Virus record (IMG/VR): IMGVR_UViG_3300046396_000007
Location: 1 to 52,700 of that record
Source of the DNA: a virus
DNA: 52,700 bases
Direction: 5' to 3' (one strand)
Shown here in pieces: positions 8,552-17,361 of this stretch. The notes beneath the pieces are model-generated. The model was not told where the DNA came from. It made no database searches and saw only the letters and a program-made list of their open reading frames with translations. Within the stretch, counting starts at the first letter, position 1, and the number at the start of each line of letters is the position of its first letter. The position numbers and the translations under genes are program-made.

Positions 8552-8905
8552 ATGACACCACAAATATTCCCCGGATTAAGCGAACCAAAAACGCAGTTAT
8601 TTTTTGATATACAGGCTTTTATTGCTGTTAATGGCGGCAGGTTGAGGCTGGCAAATATGATTGAATGTGAACAGATAAAAAAAACAAGATATAGTTTTTG
8701 CAAGCCAAAACACGAAAGAAAGATATTCCATTATCGAAAAGAGGATGATCAATTTATTATTGACAATTTTAAGGATATGAATTTATATGATATATCTTTA
8801 AAACTAGATAGATCATATACATCTACCAGAATGAGGATATACCGACTTCAACAAACAGGGATGGTTGGCTATAAAAAGCCACACCCAAAAAGAAATTTCT
8901 TATGA
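8552..8905 (+). CDS. hypothetical protein, possible C-terminal helix-turn-helix
   Basis: ORF track frame. First ATG is at 8552. The C-terminus ...DDQFIIDNFKDMNLYDISLKLDRSYTSTRMRIYRLQ resembles Myb or sigma region-4-like HTH proteins. Confidence 0.5.
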   Translation: MTPQIFPGLSEPKTQLFFDIQAFIAVNGGRLRLANMIECEQIKKTRYSFCKPKHERKIFHYRKEDDQFIIDNFKDMNLYDISLKLDRSYTSTRMRIYRLQQTGMVGYKKPHPKRNFL

Positions 8906-9000
8906 ACCCCTCATTTAAGAAATAAAGTTTGTGAAAAGAAAGGTAAATTAGGTATATTTATACATAATAATTATCAAAGCAAAAATTAACAGTGATGCGT

Positions 9001-9008
9001 TATATTTG
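9001..9008 (+). promoter_or_regulatory. candidate -7 box TATATTTG
   Basis: Exact TAnnTTTG match 75 nt upstream of the ATG at 9084. Confidence 0.35.
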
Positions 9009-9037
9009 CATTGAATTTATATCTGACAATATTAATT

Positions 9038-9083
9038 GGGCCGGTTCAGTAAAGCATCACACTGACGGCCCTTTTATAATTTT
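9038..9083 (+). terminator. strong hairpin plus T-tract directly before the ATG at 9084
   Basis: gggccg..ttcagt / actga cggccc forms 11 bp with a 2-nt bulge (9038-9071). It is followed by ttttataatttt. Confidence 0.55.
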
Positions 9084-9890
9084 ATGGTAACAATATTCCC
9101 TAAATTTGCCGATACGGAAAACCCTTATCACAGGCATATTAATCATATTTTAAACAGAATTAAAACAGGGTCATCGCAAGAACTTATAGACCGAATACGT
9201 ATAACTGGTAATAAAGATTTAAAACTCAAACTTCCCTCTATATTGTTTAGTGGCACTTTTTCAAAAAGAGAAGCAAAAAGCATAATTCAACATTCTGGTT
9301 TTATATGCCTGGATTTTGATAAATTCCCTGATAGTGAAACATTGTTGATGTGGAAAGATACATTAGAGGCTAATGAATATACATATTGCGTTTTCCTTTC
9401 CCCTTCTGGATGCGGGTTAAAATGCGTTGTTAAGATCCCTCCTATTTTAGAAAATCATAAACGATATTTTGAGGCTTTAAAAGATTATTACAAATGTGAA
9501 TATTTCGATAAAAGTGTTTCTGATGTATGCCGTATATGTTTTGAAAGTTATGATCCATACTTAACCATCAACCAAAACTCTACAACTTGGGATAAAGCCA
9601 AAGAATACACTCCGGTGTCGGCTATTTATAATATTACCAATTTAGACGAGCAAAAAACAGCAGCTAATTTATTAAAGTGGTGGAATAGGAAATATGGCCT
9701 GTATTCCGGAGGTCGTAACGCTAATGTGTTTAAACTTTGTGCTGCATTTAATGATTATGGTATTTCAAAGGATTATGCACATCAAATAATATCAGCTTTT
9801 CAGCAAGAAGATTTCCAATTAGTTGAGATTGAAAAGGTATTGAATAATGCCTATCGTAAAACGGATAAATTCGCAACCTTAAAATTTTAA
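9084..9890 (+). CDS. primase-like protein (BT4734/VirE-N-like N-terminal domain with a primase C-terminal-like region)
   Basis: LPSILFSGTFSKREAKSIIQHSGFICLDFDKF and VFLSPSGCGLKCVVKI resemble the BT4734/VirE-N family. GRNANVFKLCAAFNDYGIS resembles PriCT. It sits upstream of an SF3 helicase. Confidence 0.55.
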   Translation: MVTIFPKFADTENPYHRHINHILNRIKTGSSQELIDRIRITGNKDLKLKLPSILFSGTFSKREAKSIIQHSGFICLDFDKFPDSETLLMWKDTLEANEYTYCVFLSPSGCGLKCVVKIPPILENHKRYFEALKDYYKCEYFDKSVSDVCRICFESYDPYLTINQNSTTWDKAKEYTPVSAIYNITNLDEQKTAANLLKWWNRKYGLYSGGRNANVFKLCAAFNDYGISKDYAHQIISAFQQEDFQLVEIEKVLNNAYRKTDKFATLKF

Positions 9891-9895
9891 ATAAT

Positions 9896-11332
9896 ATGGG
9901 TAATAAACTTTCAATTGCTCATATTGCATCCGAAAAGGACTTCCCTCATTTTACATTATATAAACCTAAACAAAACGGGGGATGGGAGTTTGATTATGTT
10001 AAGCTAACTGCCTTTTTTACAACTAGGGGATATTTCATTTACAGAACGAGTATTGATAAATTTTTTCCAATAAGAATAATTGATAATATCGTTAAACAAG
10101 TTGGCAAAAAAGAACTTAAGGATGAAATTTTGAACTTCCTGCTAAATATAGATGAATGTCCTGAACATATACACCAATTCGCGCTAAAGGATATTGCAAA
10201 AGCAGTCAATGAGGAATTTTTGGAAACGCTACCAGCAAAACAGGTTGAGTTTAGGCGCGATAGAAAAGATGCAATGCAGATATACTATCAAAATTGCATA
10301 GTAAAAATAACCGGTAAAAAAATTACCACCCACCCATATACGGAGCTTGATGGATATATTTGGGAATCGCAAATTTTGCAGCGTGATTATGATATTGTCT
10401 ATGGCCCTGAAATGCAAAGTGATTTTAAAAAGTTTGCTTTCAATATATCAAATCAAGATCCGGACAGATATGCTTCGGTTTGCAGTGTAATTGGTTTCCT
10501 AATTCATAACTTTAAAAACCCAGCATATTGCCCAGCAATCATATTAAATGACGAGGTTATTAGCGATCATCCGGAGGGTGGTACAGGTAAGGGAATTTTA
10601 ATAAAGGCGGTTGAGCAATTTTTAACTACCGTTACAATTGAGGGTAAAACATTTAATTTCGACAAAGGTTTTGTTTATCAATCGGTAAATAGCGATACTA
10701 AACTAATGTCATTCCAAGACGTAAACAAATCATTCGATTTTGAGCGCCTGTTCAGTGTTTTAACTGATGGAATAACAGTTGAAAAGAAAGGGCTCCAAGC
10801 GATACATTATCCTTTTAATGAAACACCAAAAATAGTTATCACAACCAATTATGCCATTCGAGGAGTGGGCAACTCTCATGAACGTAGGCGTTTTGAATTG
10901 GAGATTAGCCAATATTATAACAAGAAGCGAACACCATTTGATGAATTTAAAAAAATGATGTTCATTGATTGGAGGCAACACGAATTTTTAGCGTTTGATT
11001 CATTTATAATGGAATGCTGCCAATATTATTTAAACAACGGACTGGTTACCCAGGTTTTGATTAACCTGCCGGAGAAGCGTTTAATGACAGAAACAAATTA
11101 TGATTTCATAGAATTTATGGAGGGTAAGGAATTGTTAACAATGGCAATAGCTGACGTATATTCAGATTTTGTAAAAGAATATCCTGAATATTTAAAAGAT
11201 AAGTTTTTCAGTAAGCAAAAGTTGTCTAAATGGATGAGAATTTATGCCTTATATAAAGGGTACTCTATGCCTGATAAAGCATATGTTTACAATTCAATTA
11301 GGTATTACACCTTTAATAAATTACAAAGTTGA
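9896..11332 (+). CDS. P-loop NTPase, SF3 (P4/D5-type) replicative helicase
   Basis: Walker A motif HPEGGTGKGIL. The 478-aa size and its position after the primase-like gene and before the iterons fit this call. Confidence 0.65.
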   Translation: MGNKLSIAHIASEKDFPHFTLYKPKQNGGWEFDYVKLTAFFTTRGYFIYRTSIDKFFPIRIIDNIVKQVGKKELKDEILNFLLNIDECPEHIHQFALKDIAKAVNEEFLETLPAKQVEFRRDRKDAMQIYYQNCIVKITGKKITTHPYTELDGYIWESQILQRDYDIVYGPEMQSDFKKFAFNISNQDPDRYASVCSVIGFLIHNFKNPAYCPAIILNDEVISDHPEGGTGKGILIKAVEQFLTTVTIEGKTFNFDKGFVYQSVNSDTKLMSFQDVNKSFDFERLFSVLTDGITVEKKGLQAIHYPFNETPKIVITTNYAIRGVGNSHERRRFELEISQYYNKKRTPFDEFKKMMFIDWRQHEFLAFDSFIMECCQYYLNNGLVTQVLINLPEKRLMTETNYDFIEFMEGKELLTMAIADVYSDFVKEYPEYLKDKFFSKQKLSKWMRIYALYKGYSMPDKAYVYNSIRYYTFNKLQS

Positions 11333-11433
11333 GATGAAAAATTACAAACAATTACAAATAAATTACAAAGTTTTTTTCGTTAACTTATTGATATTTAGTT
11401 ACTTATTGTCAATATTACAAAAATTACAAAGTT
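11320..11433 (+). repeat. direct iterons ATTACAAA(GTT), 6 copies
   Basis: Copies start at 11320, 11341, 11351, 11362, 11414 and 11423. Those at 11320, 11362 and 11423 have the full ATTACAAAGTT. Confidence 0.9.
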
Positions 11434-11541
11434 TTTACTACTATTTATATGAAATATATCGCGCACGTAAAATATATAAAATGTTAGTAATTTTAGTAAT
11501 TTTTAGCATAGTTTGTTTATTATCAATTAGTTACGTTTTTC

Positions 11542-11615
11542 AACTTTGTAATTTTTTGACCAAACTTTGTAATTTTTCCCTTCAACTTTGTAATTTTTCT
11601 TAAAACTTTGTAATT
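11542..11615 (-). repeat. inverted iterons AACTTTGTAATT, 4 copies at 20-21-nt spacing
   Basis: Exact 12-mers at 11542, 11563, 11584 and 11604. Confidence 0.95.
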
Positions 11616-11638
11616 TTTTTAGACTAAAACTATTTAAA

Positions 11639-11776
11639 ATGGCAAAATCATACAAAAAATACGCAAAACCAACCACTAGATTAAACAGTGCGGGTGATAT
11701 GGTAACAGATAAACCGGACGAACCAAAATATAAAGCCAAGCCGAAACCGAAGATGCCTTATATTCATCCCCCTTGA
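11639..11776 (+). CDS. hypothetical small basic protein (45 aa)
   Basis: ATG 11639 reads MAKSYKKYAKPTTRLNSAGDMVTDKPDEPKYKAKPKPKMPYIHPP and ends at TGA. Confidence 0.35.
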   Translation: MAKSYKKYAKPTTRLNSAGDMVTDKPDEPKYKAKPKPKMPYIHPP

Positions 11777-11779
11777 CTA

Positions 11780-11875
11780 ATGGAATATTTAACAACCCGG
11801 GATCGGATAATATGGAGATTATTTCCAAACAGTAGAAAAGAAATTGAAGAAAGATATAAAGACAATTTAAAATGA
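11780..11875 (+). CDS. hypothetical micro-protein (31 aa)
   Basis: ATG 11780. Its TGA overlaps the next ATG (ATGA at 11872-11875). Confidence 0.3.
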   Translation: MEYLTTRDRIIWRLFPNSRKEIEERYKDNLK

Positions 11876-12033
11876 AAATACAACAGTTAATAGATCAATT
11901 AGAATCTATAAAAGACAAACAGGATGAGCTTATAGTTTATATTAAAAATGGTGAGTGCCATGATTTTTATAATATAGATCACATAGCCTATCATAATAAT
12001 GAGGATGAATTTTATTTAGTAATAACTGATTAA
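11872..12033 (+). CDS. hypothetical small protein (53 aa), paralogue of the next gene
   Basis: Reads MKIQQLIDQLESIKDKQDELIVYIKNGECHDF... and shares the QQLIDxL..KDK N-terminus with 12035..12205. Confidence 0.5.
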   Translation: MKIQQLIDQLESIKDKQDELIVYIKNGECHDFYNIDHIAYHNNEDEFYLVITD

Positions 12034-12034
12034 A

Positions 12035-12205
12035 ATGACAGTGCAACAACTAATCGATAAGCTACAGTTAGCCAAAGATAAAAAACAGCAAGTAGAAATA
12101 ATAAGCGAAAATATAAATTGCGGAGTGGTATGCTCTGTTTTTCAATCACCAAACGCAATAGTTTTGAAAGCGTTTATAGATAACCAAAAAGAAGATTATG
12201 AATAA
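12035..12205 (+). CDS. hypothetical small protein (56 aa), paralogue of the previous gene
   Basis: Reads MTVQQLIDKLQLAKDKKQQVEIISENINCG... Its stop overlaps the ATG at 12198. Confidence 0.5.
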   Translation: MTVQQLIDKLQLAKDKKQQVEIISENINCGVVCSVFQSPNAIVLKAFIDNQKEDYE

Positions 12206-12707
12206 TAATCAACCCCTATACTTCGCCAAAGAATCACAACTCCAATCCTACGTAGTAAAATGGATTCGAAAAGAATATCCTGGCACCCATTTTCGCACCG
12301 ATTATTTCGCAGATCAATATTGCCCATCATATATCAAAGAGCAATTTTCATCACAGCAATCAGGATCAGGCTATCCCGATATTCACATCATACATAAAAC
12401 AAGGTTATATTCATGTCTCTACATCGAAACCAAGTTAAGCAAAGACAAAGTTTTCCGCAAAGATGGTATTACCTTGTTATACTCCGAACATCTATGCAAT
12501 CAATTTCAATACCACGAATATCTACGCGCCCAAGGATGCGCTGTTGTGTTTGGGCTGGGACTAACTCATATACAGCAGACAATAATAGCTTACATGGCCG
12601 GAAAATGCGTTGAACAGACTTGCTTTGGTAAAAAATGGGTCGATAAGGCGAAAGGCGAAGTTGATAAAAAAGCGGATGAGTTTTTTAGTAAGCAAAATAT
12701 CACATAG
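12198..12707 (+). CDS. VRR-NUC-like PD-(D/E)XK nuclease
   Basis: ESQLQSYVVKWIRKEYPG ... SGYPDIHII ... LYIETKLSKD ... NQFQYHEYLRAQGCAVVF fits the VRR-NUC pattern (PD ... ExK ... Q..w...L...G). Confidence 0.6.
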   Translation: MNNNQPLYFAKESQLQSYVVKWIRKEYPGTHFRTDYFADQYCPSYIKEQFSSQQSGSGYPDIHIIHKTRLYSCLYIETKLSKDKVFRKDGITLLYSEHLCNQFQYHEYLRAQGCAVVFGLGLTHIQQTIIAYMAGKCVEQTCFGKKWVDKAKGEVDKKADEFFSKQNIT

Positions 12708-12819
12708 CAAACATAGTCGAACCAACAACCCATCTCATCAATTATTTTCTTTTTAAATTATGATTTGGAAAAAAATGGTTAACAAAAAAGGCAGATTTGT
12801 TAATGTAAAATAGTATAAG

Positions 12820-12827
12820 TAAATTTG
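12820..12827 (+). promoter_or_regulatory. candidate -7 box TAAATTTG just upstream of the small terminase gene
   Basis: Matches TAnnTTTG and lies 5 nt before the ATG at 12833, implying a very short or absent leader. Confidence 0.35.
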
Positions 12828-12832
12828 GACAA

Positions 12833-13216
12833 ATGGACGATTATAAAAAAGAAATATTGGAATCACTTGAAAATCACAAAGGTATAGTTACAAGTGCCTG
12901 TGCTTCAATAGGGTGCCCCCGTTCAACCTATTATAACTACTATAATACCGATCCTGAATTTAAAATTGCCGTTGATGATATTCAAGATATAGCTATTGAT
13001 TTTGTAGAATCTAAATTAATGGAAAAAATTAATGGCATAACTATGCTTGATAAGGAAAAAGATGGTGAGACTATTACATACACACTACCACCAAGTGATA
13101 CCGCAATAATTTTCTACCTTAAAACTAAAGGCAAAAAACGAGGATATATTGAGAAAACTGAATTAGATATATCCGGGGCGCTTAATTTAGCAAATGAACC
13201 GGTAATATTTAAATAA
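12833..13216 (+). CDS. terminase small subunit
   Basis: 127 aa with an N-terminal HTH-like segment (ACASIGCPRSTYYNYYNTDPEFKIAVDD). Lies directly upstream of the large terminase gene. Confidence 0.7.
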   Translation: MDDYKKEILESLENHKGIVTSACASIGCPRSTYYNYYNTDPEFKIAVDDIQDIAIDFVESKLMEKINGITMLDKEKDGETITYTLPPSDTAIIFYLKTKGKKRGYIEKTELDISGALNLANEPVIFK

Positions 13217-13217
13217 T

Positions 13218-14546
13218 ATGCCTGTACAAGTAGAGCGACTTCCCCAATATGACATACTATATAATCCACCACCAGAAACCAACCTAATTGTATGCATAGG
13301 CGGTCGTGGAGGTGCCAAGACTTACGAAGTATCAAAATACATCGCCTATTCAACCACAATAAAAAAGAAACGCGCAGTCATTCTAAGAGACGAACAGGCA
13401 TTAATCAAAGAAACTATCCTAAATGAGATTTGGACGCGCTATGATACAGCTAACGAGCACGGAAGGCTTGATCGGGAATGTATTAAGAACGAAACCGAAT
13501 TAAAAGATCGCAAAACAGGCAAAACACTACTTTACACCAAAGGCTTTCGCGCTACGTCCCTGGTTAAAACAGCTAACATGAAAGGCCCGAGCGATATTGA
13601 TATTGCAGTTGTTGAAGAGGGGGAAGATATTAGAGATAAACAGATGTTTGATACGTTTGTGGATGGATTGAGAAAAGAGGGATGTATCGTAATTATCATG
13701 CTTAATACTCCTAATTTGGCTCACTTTATTGTTAAGCGCCTATTCAATGCAACTCCTGTCCTGGATGATAAAGGCGAGCCAACTGGGTATTTTAAATTAT
13801 CGCCAAAAGATATACCTGGATTTGTTTGTATCCAAACCGATTACACAATGAATCCATTTTTAACGCCAAATATTATTGCAAGATATAAAGGGTATGGGGA
13901 TCCAACACATCATTTATATGATTTTCATCATTACATGACAGCCATACTTGGTTATGCATCAACAGGGCGGAAAGGTCAGATATTTACCAAAGTCAAACCT
14001 ATACCACTCGCTAAATATTTATTATTACCATTCAAGGAATACTACGGGCAGGATTTTGGCACAGCATCTCCAGCAGCTTTAATCGGAGCAAAATTTGACG
14101 GCAATACGGTTTATATCAGGTTGCTAAATTACTTACCTATGGATGTTTTATCATTGGCAAAATTATACAGCACATTAAAATTTGACCCGACAGATAGAAT
14201 TGTTTGTGATTATGCCGACCCTATAAGCATATCAAAATTAGCTAATGGGTTTCAAGATCTTTCGGATGATGAATATATGAAATATCCTGAATTGGCAAAT
14301 GGTTTTTACGCTGTTAAATGCCCAACAAAAGATATTACAGGTCATATATCGCTAATGAAGTCAATGCGGATGTATGCAGTTGAAGAGGATGAAATGTTAT
14401 GGGAAGAAATAAATAACTATGTTTATGCACAGGATAAGTTTAAGAACTATACCGATGATCCAATCGATGACTTCAATCACGCGCTTGATGCAGCCAGATA
14501 TTTGATAGCAGATCAGCGCGGAGCCGGAGAAATGAAGGCATATTAA
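13218..14546 (+). CDS. terminase large subunit
   Basis: Walker A-like CIGGRGGAKT, and the C-terminal nuclease signature DDFNHALDAARYL. 442 aa. Confidence 0.9.
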   Translation: MPVQVERLPQYDILYNPPPETNLIVCIGGRGGAKTYEVSKYIAYSTTIKKKRAVILRDEQALIKETILNEIWTRYDTANEHGRLDRECIKNETELKDRKTGKTLLYTKGFRATSLVKTANMKGPSDIDIAVVEEGEDIRDKQMFDTFVDGLRKEGCIVIIMLNTPNLAHFIVKRLFNATPVLDDKGEPTGYFKLSPKDIPGFVCIQTDYTMNPFLTPNIIARYKGYGDPTHHLYDFHHYMTAILGYASTGRKGQIFTKVKPIPLAKYLLLPFKEYYGQDFGTASPAALIGAKFDGNTVYIRLLNYLPMDVLSLAKLYSTLKFDPTDRIVCDYADPISISKLANGFQDLSDDEYMKYPELANGFYAVKCPTKDITGHISLMKSMRMYAVEEDEMLWEEINNYVYAQDKFKNYTDDPIDDFNHALDAARYLIADQRGAGEMKAY

Positions 14547-14591
14547 CACAATTTTGCAATATCCAAAATATAAATTACCTTTATTAAAATT

Positions 14592-16358
14592 ATGGCAACA
14601 ATAACCGACGAGCAAGTTTCAGATATTATTAAGAACAACCCTAATAAAGATTTAATCAAGTGTGCTCAAACTTATTCAAACACGCTATCTCTGCATGTTT
14701 TGGGGAAGGGGTTATCAGATGCCATGAGCCGTAATGAATATTTTGAAAGCGATGATGTTTTTAAAGTGAGAAATAAGAATGCCACAAGTAATAAGGATTT
14801 GTTTGAACGGATATTATCCCGCGAACAAATGGTATTTACCGCTAAAGGCGGCTCATCATTTTATACCGGCATAAACGAGCAACAAACACAGAAACTTGAT
14901 GCCAGGCTTGATAAAATTAGATTCAATATGAATATCCGTAAATGGATCAATGAATTTGGATTGCAGGCTTATCGGGTTGATCCTATGGGCGTGTTCTTTA
15001 TCGAGGTTGATAATAAGAGCAACTCATACCCCACCTATAAAAGCAGTGATTGCGTTTTTGATTATCAACCAAATGGCAGAAAACTTGAATATATTTGCTT
15101 TAAATTAAAAAACGCTGAAGTTGCACAATTCTTAACACAGGCAGGGCAATCAGTAACTAATGACAGCGATTTACAAAGGAGGGTTGATAAATATAACCCG
15201 CAATACTTCAGGTTTATTGATGACAAAGACGATAGAATTGTTAAAAACAACGGAACTTCAGTAGAGATTATACATTCCATACCGATCGCATTTGACGAAC
15301 TCCCTGGCATACGGGTATCTGATTTAATTGATTTCAGCGAACCATCGCAACTATTATCCCCGCTTGATAAGGTTATTGAGTTAGCCTCGACATTTTTACA
15401 GGATAGATCAATTCGTGATTTATCAAAGAAGTTTAGTGGATTCCCTAAATCGTATGAACCATTAATGACATGCGGAACATGTAATGGCACCACTATGTTA
15501 TCAGGAAAGGCGTGCCCAGATTGTACGCCATTAGGCGCCGATAGGGGGACTGGTAAGAAACTAAAAACCACCGTTGCGGATGTTGCACGTTTCCCATTAC
15601 CAAAAGAAGGCCAAGTAGGCTCCTTTGATCCTGCTAAATACTTCGGTTACATCACACCTCCAATTGATACATGGAACAAACAAGACACGTCCTTAAATGA
15701 CATTGAGGCAGAAATGACCGATACCTATTGGGGAACAAATGATAAGCAATCAACAACCGGGCCTACTGTAGGCGCAAAACATTCATTTAAAGAAACTGCA
15801 ACTAAAACACTGAATGATTTAAAGCCGGTTTATACAAGGCTTAATAAAACAGCAGATTGGGCAGAGGGGACAGAAAATGCATTATGCGCCTACATTGGTA
15901 AGCAAATGTTTAAATCATTTAAGAACTGTTCGCGTACTTATGGGCGTTATTACATTCTTGAAACACCCGATGAGTTGATGGAGCAGTATTTGGATATGAA
16001 AACTAAAGGAGCGCCCCAAACGGCTTTATTTGATATTTTACGAAAATACTATCATGCGCTTTATCAAGATGACCCAATTGAGTTATCTATTAAATTAAAA
16101 CTTATTGATGTTGAGCCGTTTGTGCATTTAACATTAGTTCAAGTGCAAGCAAGCAATCCCGCAAGAATTGATTTTTATATGAAAATGTATTATAGTGAAT
16201 GGTTGGCTATGAAAGATAATACATATTTATTGGTGACTAAAACAGAGGCACTAATTGCTGATTTGGTAACGTATTCAAAAACTAAGATGGTTGCGCCTGC
16301 CGATAGTCTTGTGCCGCCAACTGTAGGAATAACAGAAACAATAAGAAATACAAATTAA
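14592..16358 (+). CDS. portal protein (by size and position), with an internal CxxC...CxxC motif
   Basis: 588 aa, directly after the large terminase gene. CGTCNGTTMLSGKACPDC lies at 15471-15524. Confidence 0.65.
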   Translation: MATITDEQVSDIIKNNPNKDLIKCAQTYSNTLSLHVLGKGLSDAMSRNEYFESDDVFKVRNKNATSNKDLFERILSREQMVFTAKGGSSFYTGINEQQTQKLDARLDKIRFNMNIRKWINEFGLQAYRVDPMGVFFIEVDNKSNSYPTYKSSDCVFDYQPNGRKLEYICFKLKNAEVAQFLTQAGQSVTNDSDLQRRVDKYNPQYFRFIDDKDDRIVKNNGTSVEIIHSIPIAFDELPGIRVSDLIDFSEPSQLLSPLDKVIELASTFLQDRSIRDLSKKFSGFPKSYEPLMTCGTCNGTTMLSGKACPDCTPLGADRGTGKKLKTTVADVARFPLPKEGQVGSFDPAKYFGYITPPIDTWNKQDTSLNDIEAEMTDTYWGTNDKQSTTGPTVGAKHSFKETATKTLNDLKPVYTRLNKTADWAEGTENALCAYIGKQMFKSFKNCSRTYGRYYILETPDELMEQYLDMKTKGAPQTALFDILRKYYHALYQDDPIELSIKLKLIDVEPFVHLTLVQVQASNPARIDFYMKMYYSEWLAMKDNTYLLVTKTEALIADLVTYSKTKMVAPADSLVPPTVGITETIRNTN

Positions 16359-16376
16359 AAACCCCCAATAACAAAA

Positions 16377-16790
16377 ATGGCAAGACCAAAAAAAGAAGTA
16401 CAGGCGCAAAGTGTGCCAGCTTCACCAAATGAAGAGTTAACAGAATTATCTGAACTTAACTACCGGGCGCTAAATGGCGAGGCATGGAATAAGTACCAGG
16501 AAGTTGAACAGTCGTTATTTATGAATGACAAGTACGATTATGAAGTGTGGTTTGCTCAGCCAACTATGAAATGGCGGATCAATGAAGATACTGGGGAGCG
16601 TGAGCAATATCAAACCGGTGTGCAGATCAACAATGGCGCTATCGGCGGCGGTCCTCTAATGATCTCCCGTGTATCGGTAATGCAAGCCCGTGAAAATAAC
16701 AAGCATGCTAAACCAGGCGCAAGCGAATCAAGGAATAGTAAGTATTATTTTTTGGTTCAGCCGAAGAAACAAACCGCCGAAGCTGTATGA
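16377..16790 (+). CDS. hypothetical head-module protein (137 aa)
   Basis: ORF track. Lies between portal and scaffold. Confidence 0.6.
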   Translation: MARPKKEVQAQSVPASPNEELTELSELNYRALNGEAWNKYQEVEQSLFMNDKYDYEVWFAQPTMKWRINEDTGEREQYQTGVQINNGAIGGGPLMISRVSVMQARENNKHAKPGASESRNSKYYFLVQPKKQTAEAV

Positions 16791-17053
16791 TATTGCCATA
16801 TTTAGAGTTACCTGTTTGTGTAGGATATGCAAATGGTGAAGAGGGCAAAGTTGTAGTCGGTAAATTTCAACCAGTAGCTATAACCGCATATCATGAGGGA
16901 TATATGCCCGATGTTGGTATGTTTATTTACATAGGCGAGCAACCATTCCAAATTGCGCTATCATTGGATCAGTATGAAGAGCAAATACGCGGGTACTGGA
17001 ATATTGTGAACAGGAAACAGGATGTTAAATCTAAATTGGGTATTGTGTCATGA
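16787..17053 (+). CDS. hypothetical head-module protein (88 aa)
   Basis: ORF track. ATGA overlaps on both sides. Confidence 0.6.
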   Translation: MILPYLELPVCVGYANGEEGKVVVGKFQPVAITAYHEGYMPDVGMFIYIGEQPFQIALSLDQYEEQIRGYWNIVNRKQDVKSKLGIVS

Positions 17054-17361
17054 TGAAAGCAGTAACATTCCCAGAAGCAAATATTAACCTTGCTGAAAAT
17101 CAGGATGAGTATAATACATTACCGGCCTATTGCGATGTTGATGAAAACAAACAGCCCGTGCAGGTTGACGGCAAAGACCGGGACCCTTATGGCGAAATGA
17201 CAGTTTGTTTTGAAGCTGATTTAACAGACGCTGAAATTAAAGACATTCTATTGACCAGAAAAATAAAGGTTTGGTATACCGGCTTAACTTTTGGGCAGGG
17301 ATTCCAACCAATGATAATGACAACCAACAACCCATTTAAAACCCCCAACGACAATGCTTAA
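17050..17361 (+). CDS. hypothetical head-module protein (103 aa)
   Basis: ORF track. ATGA overlap with the upstream gene. Confidence 0.6.
   Translation: MMKAVTFPEANINLAENQDEYNTLPAYCDVDENKQPVQVDGKDRDPYGEMTVCFEADLTDAEIKDILLTRKIKVWYTGLTFGQGFQPMIMTTNNPFKTPNDNA

Larger units (their letters stand above)
11320..11615. promoter_or_regulatory. putative origin of replication: iteron arrays flanking an AT-rich spacer
   Basis: Six top-strand ATTACAAA(GTT) copies and four inverted AACTTTGTAATT copies surround an AT-rich segment at 11434-11541. Confidence 0.6.

Noticed and set aside
11244-11739. Track ORFs 11244..11603 (+) and 11527..11739 (-)
   Set aside because: Their translations (…NYKVFFVNLL…, …KNYKVEGKNYKVWSKNYKVEKRN) are just the iteron 12-mer read in frame. 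The region is better explained as a repeat-rich origin.
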